From Paraphysomonas bandaiensis (taxonomy: Eukaryota; Protista; Chrysophyceae): a DNA stretch of 64,000 nt. The position numbers and the translations under genes are program-made. The stretch spans positions 62,001 to 126,000 of the forward strand of contig CBFFRP010000378.1 in NCBI GenBank assembly GCA_965644295.1. The letters run 5' to 3'. The notes under the pieces were generated by a model. The model was not told the origin of the DNA and ran no database searches. It saw nothing but the letters and a program-made list of their open reading frames with translations. Positions 12,482-26,415 of this stretch are shown here, piece after piece; the first letter of the stretch is position 1, and every line of letters begins with the position of its first letter.

Positions 12482-12979
12482 CCCCATTCCGAGAGCGTGC
12501 CCTAGTAAAGTGCTAGTGTTGACTAGGCTAACTAACGTATAGATTGTTAATAAAATCTCAGCGTATACTTCGTGTGTCGGAACCAAGAAAGCTCTAGCTA
12601 GATCTACACCATACTTGCATAGCCTATATGAGATTAAGAGAAACCCCGCGTATTTTAAGGGAGGGTCTATACTAAACCTGTACTGCGTCATGCATGGTCA
12701 CGAGAAGCTCTGCGTAATCTCTGTTAGGTAATGGGAAGGTACACATGGTCCTACTAGAATCTGCGCGAATTTCATATAAAAGTCATACATAGTTATGAGA
12801 TATTCCGCGTAATCTTAGCAAAGGTGAACACGGGTGGGGCGGCAACAGAATCTGTTCGTGATCTCTGCGGTCAGCTACATTGGTACACGGGTAGGCCGGT
12901 GGTAGAATCAGTGCTATGTCTCGGCGTTATAGGTGGTATACCAGCGAGCCTACACTATGACCACACCCTCGGAATGGGG
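12482..12979. mobile_element. MITE-like non-autonomous DNA transposon (about 500 bp)
   Basis: Terminal inverted repeats CCCCATTCCGAGAGCGTG (12482) and CACACCCTCGGAATGGGG (12962-12979), 16/18 match. Non-coding, with repeated internal CTGCGTAATCT-like motifs. A related terminus occurs at 39100-39116. Confidence 0.7.
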
Positions 12980-13868
12980 CACAGCCGGTTCATCATAAGA
13001 GTAAAGCAGTCGCTGCAAAAGCATGATGTCAGCTACAATTGTCAGTACTGCCCAGACCCCTCTATTGTGTTCCAGTTTTGGAGAGTATGAAATAGGATAA
13101 AGATGTGTACAAGGGATTTTGTATACAAATATAAAGTAAACAACATAAATTGACGAGAAATTGTATTTCAAACTTAATTTAATTGTAATTCTGATGTAGT
13201 GTAGAAGACGCAATTACTTGGAGAGGGTACACAGCACAAAAAGGCCATATGATTGCTATGTGACTACGTGACTACCTATGTGGAATACACTATTTTTGTA
13301 GTCAGCTGTACCCTGTATTAGAATATGGATCTTATTCTAGTATATTCAGTATGTCACTTCAAGACAATGTACGAGAATGCAGTGAAATATAGTGATGTAC
13401 AAATGCTATGATGATATTGAGAAACTGAAATAGTTTGATCTTTCAAGATATGTTCAGTAACGAGAGGTTCGCAAATGTAGGATATTATGCGTGGACGTGA
13501 ATGAGTTAGTGTTGGTTATCACAACTTCTATTAATAAATTTATCTAGTCTTAAGACAAATTCTCTCTGTGATCTAGCTTAAAATGAGCAATTTCCAATTC
13601 CCTGATATGATATACAAATTGGAATTTTAGACAGTAGTTACAGTTGTTACAACATAGTAGTAGGTGATAGAAGGGTTTTTATGGTATGGGACGTAATATA
13701 ACCAAAATCGTACAAATTGATTAAAAATTCTACTACCCAGCACATAGAAAAGTATTTAATAATTGACAGAGAATGAGTAATGATGCTAATGATACCGAGT
13801 ACGCAACATAGTGATATACATTGTACTCACTACCTGACACTAAAATCATATCCCACAAGTATACACTG

Positions 13869-16125
13869 CTATATCTTTAACCATTTCGGCTTTTTGTCGG
13901 AAGATGAACTACTTTTCTTTTCTGTCGACTTCGTATCCGCCAATGTGCGCTGCTTTGACTCAGATACAGCGGGAGCTTCTTCAGATGGCACCTTTGTCGC
14001 CAACTTCTGCCCAGTGGGATAATACTTTCCTACTTCACCGTCTGGCGCCGACCGTGAGAGTTCTTCTCTCAACTCGCTTGTAAGGTAATCCCCAACGGAA
14101 TTCATACTCGACTGACTTCCCTTCCAAGATACATACATTACTGCAGCAGGCACCAAGTGCAGATCTGACAGTGACTCGTTAAGAGGCAATACAATCCGAG
14201 GAGGAGTAGTGTAGAGCTCAAAGTCACACACATCACGTGCAAAGCATGTATAGAGCCAATCTCTGACATTCTCGACGGTATCTCGAGGGTGGAAATTACC
14301 TTGAATGCACACTTTGTCCGAAAATCTAAATTTTCCCAATCAAATAAATAAACAGACAAAATACTGCACAATAAACAAGTATACGCAGCCGTACCTGACT
14401 TTAACGAGGGTTTTGTCGTATACAACCTGCTTTTTTAATTTTTCCAACTCACGTAGAGCACGCGTTGTCAGAGGTGGCCCATCAGGATCACTGACTATTT
14501 TCTTCATTACCGACTTCATAACCATTGACTGATTCTTGCTGTCGTCTTCATCTTCTACATCTACTGATTGAACTTTACCATCTGACATGGTTGTTGCATC
14601 TGTCCATGCCATATACACCTACAAATGTGTCAACGAAGTCACTGTGAATGTACCAGTGGCCCATAAGGTACCTGCGTATTTCGTGTAACCGACTCACGAT
14701 CCCCTTCGAGAGCACGTCGTTTCTTTTCTAACTGTTCCAATTGAACTTCAGTATCTGACTTGACTCCTGCAGCACGTGGCTTTTGCAGTTCACGATAGTA
14801 TAAATTAAATAGTAATACAGAAATCGAATATATACCTGTTGTGATGTGCGAACTATGAGGGGCTTATAGGGGTCGAAAGGAATTGATGGTGTATTGGACT
14901 GCTTCTGAGGTTGCTGTGTTGGAGATGGAGGGCGGCTCTCTGGAGGTATCTCGAGTTCATCCATTGCATTAACGAGAGCCTTACGGACCTCAAGCAAAGC
15001 CGCAATTGGGACACTACTGCTACCTGAATTAGCAGGATTAACACTAGAATAGTCTATTCTTTCGAAAGCAAAATATATCCTCCCAGGTGCAGGAGCGGGT
15101 AAATAGTCCGGCGGCTGAGCAGTGAAGCCGGCAGCGGCCAGCACACGATCCGCACCCTTGCACCCATTGATAACATCACGATATATTTTATTTCCTGTGT
15201 TAATTACTCTGTACTTATGATTCCCTGGATGGGATATTAAATTATCGATATACTTGCAAATCGTAAGAATAGCCGGTCGAGAAGCTTGATCAAAGTTTGA
15301 GTGGAGTAGATCAGATATAGCCTTTTTTACAACAGACGTATCAATACCAGGATGCACTGGGTCAGTGTGTGTCACACGCACAGCAGCTGCATCTGGAGTA
15401 GGGTTTGATACTGCTTGCAGAGGCTCTACAGTCCGTTCGTCTTTAGCGGTAGTATCTTCCACCTTCGAATTGCAAGTAATTGAATCATTTTCAGAAGGTG
15501 ATGCTGTAACGACTGCTGAGAGTAATTGCGTAGGAGGAACAGCTTCCGTCGATGAAGAAGTCTGATCCTGATTCATTGTGTAAGGGTCTGCCTTATCTTC
15601 TAATCGGAGCTGAAGTCGAGCACTGGAGCCATCTAATCCAAGTGAAAGAAGAGTGACAGAACTTAATTGGTCTGTCGTAAATTGTTGTCGAAGGTATACA
15701 ACTAATGGTGATCTTTGTAAGACATCACTGGGAAGAAATCCTTGTGATATAAACTGCTTCAACACATCCTCTAAACTAAATACAGAACTATACCACCATT
15801 ATACACAATATCAATGAACAAATAAGGGATACATATACCTAAATTCACTCGTCGAACTACCACATCCTTCAGCTGATAAAGCAATACGTGTTTTACCAGT
15901 TAATTTATTCTTTATTGGAATTAAATCAACTACTGCATTATTTGGAATCCCACAAAATCTTATTGGTTGAGATTTTTCTATGAGTTTCTTGTTATGTTGG
16001 AGTCCCATATGAAGAGATGAGATACCAAATTCATTACAAGCATCTTCTATTAATTGTTGTACTAAAGATGAACCTGAACTTTTAATTTTCTTTCTAGTTC
16101 CTTGATACTGAATAGTTACTGACAT
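13869..16125 (-). CDS. ASPSCR1: ASPL/TUG-like p97(Cdc48) cofactor: TUG-UBL1, second UBL-like region, PUB domain, UBX domain; about 5 exons
   Basis: N-terminal ubiquitin-like ..IEKSQPIRFCGIPNNAVVDL, PUB motif ICKYIDNLISHPGNHKYRVINTGN..LAAAGF, LTTRALRE, UBX VR|FSDKVCIQGNFHPRDTV..LYTTPPR..LVPAA, C-terminal KPKWLKI. Confidence 0.85.
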
Positions 16126-16212
16126 GATGGAGGTATACTATGAGTGGAAGTAGAAGTGAGAGGAGAGAAGAGATGAAGATAGATAGGAAGAAGAACACGG
16201 AACCATATGAAA

Positions 16213-16767
16213 ACATACATACATACATACATACATACATACATACATACATACATACATACATACATACATACATACATACATACATACATACATACAT
16301 ACATACATACATACATACATACATACATACATACATACATACATACATACATACATACATACATACATACATACATACATACATACATACATACATACAT
16401 ACATACATACATACATACATACATACATACATACATACATACATACATACATACATACATACATACATACATACATACATACATACATACATACATACAT
16501 ACATACATACATACATACATACATACATACATACATACATACATACATACATACATACATACATACCTACATACATACATACCTACATACATACATACAT
16601 ACATACATACATACATACATACATACATACATACATACATACATACATACATACATACATACATACATACATACATACATACATACATACATACATACAT
16701 ACCTACATACATACATACATACCTACATACATACATACATACATACATACATACATACATACATACA

Positions 16768-16799
<32 letters not shown>

Positions 16800-16804
16800 C
16801 ATAC
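16213..16804. repeat. (ATAC)n microsatellite, about 590 bp
   Basis: Nearly perfect tetranucleotide array (about 148 units) with four ATAC>CTAC interruptions. It generates the spurious MYVC/YIHT ORFs. Confidence 0.99.
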
Positions 16805-18056
16805 AAGCAAAGTGTGGATAGCAGCCACATATTTTCATATTAATGTTTGACCTGACAGTCGGCATTCACACAGTTACCATTATTGTGATAAATGGAGTGA
16901 AACTATTACTGATGGGATGAAAGTGGGTTGGGCTTATAGAGCGTCTGTGTAACAACAGGGTTGTGATGAAGGTACGCTAATCTTCACTGTATGTATATAT
17001 ATACCACATATCATCAATGACGATAAGTAAAAGGTTTGACACCAAGTCGACCACATGTATGTATGTTTTGTATGTTTTGCTGGCTGTCGAGTAAAAGGCC
17101 TTGAGACTTTCTAGTATTGAACTTCTCTAGATCGATGGTCGTACAAGACTTGGTTTGTGATATAATAAAGGCGAAACTGAGATGATATACCCATTATATA
17201 CTAGCATGATTTATGCTTAGGTATGCATAACTAATGTATTTGCTGTAGGGGATGCTTGCAGGAGTCACAGGAGGACTTCCATACATAGCATTTTCAATCA
17301 CTGCCCAAACACTGAGGAGAATGATGTCGTATAACAGCGCATCTGTAGGGTGTTCGTAAAAGTATACACTTTCGTGATTGTTTGTATTTTGGTACATGAA
17401 CGGTTTGGTGAAGTGCTTTAGAAATGCTCATAATGCGCTTCTTATAAGGCGTTGTTGGATTGGATTTATTGATGCGTGTATGTCCATATTCCATATGACC
17501 ATTTCATAGACTAGATAAAGAATATTTTGATGTAAAATCAAAGTATAGATTTATCTTCTATTGAAATATGATCATGCTCATCTGAAATCTGAAGTGTTTT
17601 GTATTAACTAATCGGCTTCTAATCTAATACAGCAACTGTCGAATAAGTTATCCATGTATGCCACATTCCAACACTTACTACTAGAGCAACATGGCAGTAG
17701 AGATTTGATGTATGTGTCAGAGTTGAATATGCAAGTTTCGGTATGTGTAGTATTCTGTGAACATTTGAACACAGGCATCAATTAAACCCAAAACGTATAC
17801 CGTATACTATGATTGAGTAACGATATCATTATTGTGTGGGACGAAAAATCGTATAGCATATTGAATACATATTATATTATATGCAACTTTGTGTAAAAGA
17901 TGCGAAATCAGTAATGTTATCGATGTTGTCTAACCATGTGAAACATCTAACAGTACTACAATACTAAAATTCAAAGTACGGCAAAGCAAATTCGGATACA
18001 ATTCCATAGATGGCAACATGCTACATGTCATCACAGCTCTTACACCTATATAACAT

Positions 18057-19109
18057 TTAGTTACCCATCAGTCTGTCCAGAACTTCCTTGGAGAACTCCA
18101 TTTGTACTCCGGCCTGGAGAGCGTAGTCCGGCCCGGTATAACCCCACCAGTCCCAGCAAGCGTTCGAGTTACCTAGACTTACGTCCTTCTTGGCGTATGG
18201 GTATACCACAATGATATCGTTCGCTTCCGCCCAGTCATTATACCCAGCGTGATCTGCCCATACGTCTCCGATGCTCGCATAATCCTGTGCACATCCATGG
18301 AAAGACATGTGCAAACGACATGCGGTTGAACCGTCACTGCAGGCAGTGGGAATGTACACAAATCCAAAATCATTTATGGATGTCCCAGATCCAGTAAAGA
18401 ACTCTGTCTGGTCAAATTGGAAGAGATTAGACTCCTTCGCAGTCCCTTAACAAAATTGTGAGCTCTTAGCCTGATTTCACTCCTAGACTACATTACCTGA
18501 AGAAAGATCACCATAAAAGGTTTCGAAAGCATGACCAGCGCCGGAGTACTCGCAGTCTCCAATGTACGGGGAAGAATTAATTCCACATGGCTCACCATAG
18601 TCTAGAGAAGGAATACAATGCTGAGCAGGTATGGTGTACTCAGTTGTCAACGGAGAGTTCACGAATGGAGCATAATAATCCTCGAGAGTTTTCACAACTG
18701 CAGGGTATACCGTTGTGTCCTTTGATCCACTGAAGACATAAACCTTATCATCTGCCATATTTTCAGTAGGGTCGATAGTTCCCTTGGCAGCCTGGTCGTT
18801 GGTGTAGGATATTAACTTGCTGATCTGTGGACCACCCAGTACATTGTACATACACTGATCAAGGGCAAGAGTCAGAGTCCCTTGAGCACAGAAATATGGG
18901 CCACCAGCAAACACTCCCACCCCACTGAACAGTGAACTGTATGCAACATGCATCTGAACGGCCATAAATCCACCAGATGATAAACCACTGACAGTAACAG
19001 AGCCCTCCAATACATTGAGTTGAGGGAGAGTTATTGTATTGCCGGTGGTGCTATTGGTTGCTGCACATATCCCAACTGAGACAAGAAGAAATCTCAACAG
19101 AGAGATCAT
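18057..19109 (-). CDS. Secreted poly(3-hydroxybutyrate) depolymerase-like esterase; intron 18446-18496
   Basis: Signal peptide MISLLRFLLVSVGICAA, lipase box VTVSGLSSGGFMA, AGGPYFCA, SGSKDTTV, AQHC, LHMSFHGCAQ, IIVVYP, NSNACWDWWGY. Confidence 0.92.
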
Positions 19110-19862
19110 TATAGTACTATTTATTAATGTTTTATGAGGCACAGTGATCTATATATATATACACTGCAATATTCTGGTCATAATTAGGTGTGTTTCACCA
19201 TATATATGTATGTATATGTACTGTACATAGCTATATGTATAGGAGTATATATGTACGTACATATACAGTAGATGATGTTGTGTACCTGTATACCACCACA
19301 GTAGTACTTGTAGTATATACGTATACTGTCCCTATGTGTTCGCCCATCTTTAAGAATTAATCCCCTATTTGGGATTTTGGATAGTATAAATTCTAAATTT
19401 CTGGGATTTTTATGTATGTGTGAGTATATAGAATACAATACATGCTGCTGGTGAGTGAGGAATGTTGGCGATACACATGTATGTACTGTATGTACAGTGC
19501 TATATATATACGTATGAATGTACTGTGTATGTGGTATGCTGCTGTATATATACATACATGTATATGCATATACGAGTAACTGTAGTTTGAATATGTTGCT
19601 GTTATAGTTATATATACAAGCACCATGAACCAGATGCAATATATCAGGAATACGACAGTAACTATCAATATAATTACATAAGTAATATCTCCCCATGTCC
19701 TCTCCATAGTATGATTCATTATACTTCATTATCATAATTAAATAAAGTCTCTGTCGTAATATATTTATATATATATGTAGAGTGCATAGTTTCATCTATT
19801 TCATCGATTAACTCATTAGTTCACTGCTATCAGTTGACGAGAACAGCAATCAAGTTCAAGAA

Positions 19863-22800
19863 ATGTCTGTAGATATGACATACGTGGATCACGATATGGA
19901 AAATATATCACAAATGAGTAAAAAGACAGACTCATCGAGAGCGAAAGCTGTTCATACGAACTGGCTGCATTCTCATCAACATAAGCTCGAAAAACAAAGT
20001 GAAACTGTTTGGCGGATGGTTCATGACTTAGATTCGCTGAATGATGATTCAAAGCTAAGTGTTTATCATGGTATTCCGAATACTTCAGCACCTTTGATGC
20101 CCTCTCAGCTGGCACTGATTAGAATGAGGAAACATCATCAACAAGAAGCAATCATTCGATTCAGGCGCGAGCGGATGATGAAACAGTGCATATCACGCTG
20201 GAAATGTTGCATTGATAGTAGGTATCGTGTTATGCACGATCAAGATAGGGCACAGAAGCACACTCTACGAAGAGCTCTCTCCATTTTTCTTAGCCGTGCA
20301 ATACAGACATGTCATAGCCATCACCTTGAACGCACTCACGATGTACGATATAGTCAAGAGCTTTGTTGGAAAGTGATAAGACGTTTATATGAGCGTGCTA
20401 TATTTCGAAGAAGGAAGTACATGGTATGTGAATACTATACTGAGGAGATGATCGCCTGGCAAAGATGGAAGGGGGCTTTTTCTTCTTATCAGGATAGACG
20501 ATGGACTAATATGGCAACTGAAGTTAAAGGGTATGATTATTGTGCTGGAAAACGTTGCAGATATGCCCTGAATATTTTGCGCTTGAACGTTGCGAAACAC
20601 TTCCAAGATAATAGGGCTTTAGATGAGATACAGCAGGTTCTACGGAGCAAGAAGACTGCCGCCATGAGAAAGTTTCTAGGAATGCTTAGCACCCATAGAT
20701 TCTACAGAGGAGTTTGTATCGCTCAAGCGGAATACTTTATGAAGATGTATCAAGTTAGAACTGCAATAAAAATGTTACAGGCAGCTGTGAAAGCGAGACA
20801 TATTTCTCGGTCTAAGGATTTAATAAGCCTGAGGATGTACGCCACGCTTTGTTTGCGCAGGTAGTCACAATGCATATGTTTTTGCTGCATTTGTTGTAGA
20901 ATGTCTTTTGTAAGTGTTTAATATGAATGTTTGTAGATGGCAACATACTGCGCAATTACATATGAATCGGTATTACCGCCAGTCTCTTAAGTATTTCTAT
21001 CGATCTGCTTTGCGGAGATTGTTTTCACGATGGATGAGAGTTCTCTTCTCCTTACGCAATCAGAAACGTATTCGAACTTTAGCGTGGATGAATTTGAGGC
21101 GCAAGCGTTTATCGATGCATATCTCCAGTGACGGCTTTGGGAAGCAGTTTGGAATGGGTAAACATATATACCGCTGGCGCAAAAGTTTACGCATAGTGAA
21201 GCGAAGTAGAAGACTACTGCGAACAGCACGTTTGTATCAGTGTCATAGGGTATTGTGTTCTGCGTTTAGAAAGCTCCTATGGAATGCTTCGACGAGATTA
21301 ATGTATCGCAAGTCCTATTTAGAGGCCGATGTTATAGCATGGAATCATTATGTTGTCCGTTTGGTTCTGCCTATTTTCAAGAGGTGGAGTGCTCGAACGC
21401 GGCGTCGTTATCATGACGAGGCTCGGCGCGTAACGCTTATAAACAAGAAGGCTATGACAAGTGGGATATGTCACTTTCGTGACTACCAGTATCGCATGAA
21501 AGTATATGTTGAATTATATAAAAGAGGTCGACAACAATTCAAAATCACATCCTCTCGGCGCGCTTTCTCGATTTGGAAGGCGTTTGCTTCCCTAAGGGGA
21601 TACTGGCAGTATGGGCACATGATTCAACGATATCATTTTCGCAAGTTCGCCAAGATTCTTCTCCGAAAGCTCGAAGTTAGAGTTGGATTGAAGCGTCAAC
21701 ATATTTTGGCAGTGCATTGTCAGGAAAAATCATCCCGGGGACGTCTGGCTAGAAGTCAGAAATATGTATTGGAGTATCGTGCTCCTGATTCTTACGACGG
21801 CCCCTTCTGTGCTCTGAATGATTTGTACAAATCCGATATCCACTTCAAACGGATGCGTGGAAAAAACATGCTGCTGATGTGGAAATCATACGTAGAAAAT
21901 TCTGTTGCACAGAGGGATTATTTTCACCAACTTGATGGGTGGTGTAGAATTAAATGTCGTCGCCGAGTAGTGGCCATGCTGAGATATACTGCAACTAGAC
22001 AAGTATTCTCTTTGCAACGCATTGCCCTAACCCATGCACATTCGCTGTGGAAAATGAATAGTCAAAACCGCTGCTTTGACGCGTTGAAAAAATTCAACCA
22101 ATACAGGATCGCCGCTAAAGTACATGAAAGCTCTATCTTCTCCAAAATACGTTTCCTGTTGATAATGCAAACATGGAAAAAGTTTAACTGTTGGTTCGAG
22201 TGTATGACGATCCTGCGTCACAGAGAAATATATGCAGCGATGCACTGTCTCAACCGCACTCGGAGGATAGCATTGCACTCTTGGCAGGGTTGGGTGCAAG
22301 CGAAGCGTGAATTCGAACAGCTGTGCCGTATAACAGAATCAGCTTTCAAGAAAAAACTTAAGTGTTTAAAATTTAATCTTTGGCTGTGCCAATTTTATGG
22401 TATAAAGGGTGTTGAACTTCTGCGACGTCGGAGTGGTATTCCAGTTCGAACTCGGAAACAAAAACATGAAGTCGTTAACAGAATTTATAGTATGAAAACG
22501 TTGTCACGAATGAAGAGTGATAAACATTTTGCTAGACAGAGATTACTTCAAGGGATGGTATTTCTGAAGAAACTTGCCAATTGGGAATTGTACGTAGCCA
22601 GAGCTGGTGTACTTGCGGAAAAAATGTCTTCATGTAGTGCTTATTCTACATATACAACACAGAGAATTTTGAGTTCGCTCTCTCCTCCTCGTCGAGTAGA
22701 TAAAACGTTTGTAACTCTTACATCTTATCATTGTAACGCAAGAAAAGTACAGCATGGTTGGACACAGTGGCGGAACTGGTATCTAAGAAGAAAGGAACTT

Positions 22801-24879
22801 CAGACATCTTTCCTTAGGAGTCGTGATCTCCACTACGCACATGTGAAGTTCAAAGTATTCGAAGTTTTTCGTCATATATATCGCACTAACGAAGAGTTAA
22901 GTACTTACGGCCATCGATATCACGAAATTTTGCGTGTTAAAACTGCGTTGTCGAGTTTTGACTATTGGCGAGAATGCCGTGCGCAAGATAGATCGACATT
23001 GGAGTATTGTATGACTCATTATGAGACACGTCTGCTTAAGCTATGTCTCACAAGCCGATTAGTTTTGAACGCTGAAAGGTTCATTCGTGAGCGGTATCTT
23101 ATACAACATGCGATGATACATAAAAATACTCGAGATGTAGTGATGTATTTGCGGTTATGGAGAAATGAGATTTTGTTTAGAGCACTCACAAAAGAGTACA
23201 ATATTAAGGCATATGTCTATCACCTTAAGCAACTTTGGTTTCCCCGTTTGAAGCAGTTTGTTCTGCGCCAGCACCGTTTGCTGCGTAAGCTGCATTGGTG
23301 CGATTTAAACCATACACGAATGATGCAAAGGCGAGTGTTTGTTACATTGCGTACAATAATTCTTAATCGTGCTCGTGACAAAAAAATGAACCTTTACAGC
23401 AACGGATTTTACAAACGCACTTGTCTTTGGACTCTACTCAGAGCCCTAGGAAAAATAACTTCAGGAGAGCGTTGTCTACGCAGGGCGGATTCGCATAATT
23501 TTGTCTACCGATGTAGAACAGCACTAAAGAAGTGGAAAGCGCGAATTAAGCACCTTCTCCGTGATCATTTCAGAGGCAGTCGGATGTACAAGCGGAATCT
23601 TCACATGCCAGTGTATGGCTCGCAGTGGGCGGACGTTGGCAGACCATCTCTCTCCCCACTGTCACAACATATACTTTTACTTAATTCACATGCGCGGCAC
23701 CTAGTGATGATTTTGTCAAGATATATGCACCGCTGGACGTTGCGGTACAGGGTCTTGCAGAGTGGAGTGCTTGGCGCTGAAGAGTATAAGAGACGGGTCC
23801 AAAAGAAAGCATTCGGTGTATTTAAGCGGAGGATATATAGTTGCTTAGCAATGTCCAGGACGGGTGAAGTCTTGTATGGAGCATGGAAAAGGATAATGCA
23901 CCGCCGTGGTTTGCGGTTCTTTCAGTATCATACCTTCATGTGCAAGGCCTATAAAAAACTAGTCCTACTTCGACTGCGGCGTTACTTTACTTATATGCGA
24001 ACAATATTTTACAACGCTTCTCTGGGTCGTAAATTTATCCACCTAATCTTTACAAACCTCCAACTGAGAGTGCACAAAGAACTAGCACATATATTTCGTG
24101 AGTGGAAGATACATACGCAAGTGGAGCGAACCCTAGAGGAGTACTTAGTTGAAAAGGATGTCGTCAAGAGGTGGATAGCTTTAAAACATGTCCGGGCCTT
24201 GAGTGCTTGGAAAGTTCAAAACCGAATTTATCAGACTGAAAAGCTGGCCACTTTCTTGTATCAGCAGCACGATTTCTTTAAGAAGCGAGGTATACAGAGG
24301 CTGAAAGCTTTTGTAATGTCAGTCGAAGTGGAGAGAAAACGTCAAGTTAGGGCAGCAAAGTTTAGATTCCAGACCATGTGTATAGCTTTCTCCCGACGTA
24401 GTTGCATGATGGCAAAGAGTGTAGCGGCTGATCAAAAAGCTGTTATTTATTTTCATAAGTCATTACTGCGTCTGGGGATGAGTTACTTATGTTACAATAT
24501 ACAGAAACGGAGACTTAATCAACGGCATATATATGCACAAGAAAGGCGACACACCAAGTACAAGTTGCGAGTGGCCACGAATTCTCTGTTAAATTATGCT
24601 GTCAACTCTCGGAGTAAGCGGCATAATAACAAGAAGATGATGCAGTTTTATTTTAAAAAGAAAGTAAATTTAGCGTTTCACGTGCTAGACAGTCGCGTTT
24701 GTATGAAGTGGGCTCGGTCTCAGAGAAACCGCTTGGTGGACATGCAATCAAAGAAGTGTGCAATGTTGCGTGCTATCAAAAGTTTGCAGCATCATGCATT
24801 AAGATCGAAAAGGGCCAGAAGACGAGTGCTTGATCGTGTTTTCCTTGTGACATCCACCTTGGGAATTCCAATTTCTTAA
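19863..24879 (+). CDS. Large basic helical Sfi1-like (centrin-binding) repeat protein; intron 20861-20936; true start probably in upstream exons (about 19440-19860)
   Basis: About 1650 aa, very R/K/H-rich, with recurring F/L..W motifs (ISRWK, FSRWM, FKRWS, FSIWK, LHSWQ, WTQWR, LRLWR, LKKWK, FREWK). The GT-AG intron joins the two ORFs in frame (CGC AG|A TGG). Confidence 0.7.
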
Positions 24880-25099
24880 TTCACTGCAGAGTCCAATTTT
24901 ACTGTGGTGTCAGTTGTTGCTATTCGTGTTGTAGCCATTGGTTCACATTTTTCGTAAAAGCAAATTTGAATCTGTGCATATATAGATTAATTTATTATTT
25001 ACGACCAAGAGATCAAGAACTACACATCCGTGAGCTTTAGAGTTGTGCTGCTAGTAGATGTAACCGAAATATTGCACTATGTAGAATACACACAATACA

Positions 25100-26415
25100 A
25101 CAACGAGTATATTATTACTAATATTTTTATGTTTTTTTGTCGATGTAGTGTGTGTATGTGATACAATGTTCGAAACATTGTTATTCTTGTTGCACAAAAT
25201 ATTAGATATAAATAGTGGTGAAAGGCTTTGTGATTTACGTGTAACCCGGCTAAAGAATTTCAGGGAAACTTAGCAAACTCAATAGTTAGAATAACTGGAG
25301 TAATTATAGTCTTAGGGTCTATGTCGAATGTGAAGTATGTGGAACGTGGAACAGATTAGTGTACTTCGTTCTTTTTTCCTATGTCTAAGGTGACACATCA
25401 TTTATTGTACAGGAGATCGGAGTGCATTACGAATCGTTTTAGTATATTAAACCACGGGTAATAAGGTAATAAGGAAGCTATATCGTCCCGCGCGCAAATA
25501 CTTTAGAATAATTTAAGGTTAGGGACGATACTTCTTATCCCTGGGTTACATTGTAGCTTATCTTGAAGATGTTGAAAACCTAATATAGTATAACTACTAT
25601 AGCTTGCTGTAATAATAAATTGGTAGTAGGGAATGTCTTATTTAGCAAGGCGTTAGAGTTACGACTAATTTTTCATTACAATTTAACTAACTAGTGCTTA
25701 AATCTGATATCCTACTATTTAACACTGCAAAAGCTGCTTTCGCATCACCGCAAGTTTCAAGAAGGTGCAGCCACTTTAGCTCTTGAGTACGTATGGGAGG
25801 CTATTCATGGACATATCGTCCTTCGGTGTCAAGGCACGGTTAACAAGGGGGCCTCCTTTGAGGTAGGAGTCCTCGAAAAGCTTAAGGAGGGTCAGGGTTA
25901 GATGTAGACGGGAGGAGTGTGTTCCGAGGGTGAGTTTGGTGGTGTGATTCAGAGGAGTAGAATCTGTAGAGTGTCAGGGATCCACTGGCTGCAGTGTATA
26001 AGTTGGACGTAAATAGAGCTGGCGGAGTCACCTACGTGTTGGCGTGTTGGGGAGCGCAAGTGTGGGGATGTGAAAGTGTTAGAAGGGTAGGAGATAATGT
26101 GTTCCTTCGCCCAGCTGTGATTATCTGCTGAGGTACCATAGGTCCGAGGTGGGGGGACTCCTTAAGGGTTGTGTGGTTATAGTTGTAGGTCGAGTTGTGG
26201 AGGGACCTGTTGACCTCCTCAAGCGGGGTAGGGTATAGAGGGCACAGACCGTCTTGTTACATCTAGGAGTCGAAGGGCCGGCTGTTGTCTTTGCCGGATT
26301 CGCTGCTTACTAGCAGATATTGTTCTGGCCATTCTTTGCCACTAATGCTTGTGTGGTACAAAAGGGACACTAAAAAGTGTCACATGTGTAGGCGTCTTTG
26401 GGCCTTGACGAATAA
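25100..26415 (-). mobile_element. Degenerate 3' fragment of a LINE-like element on the minus strand
   Basis: C/A-rich on the minus strand like the neighbouring plus-strand copy. Carries a diverged version of the same 3' motif (25733-25775). Frames are broken by stops; left boundary is approximate. Confidence 0.45.

Noticed and set aside
16094-16865. ORFs of MYVC/YIHT repeats (also 7973-8219)
   Set aside because: Translations of the stop-free (ATAC)n microsatellite.
16860-17500. Exon-like fragments with splice-like signals
   Set aside because: No consistent stop-free spliced frame or motif could be built.
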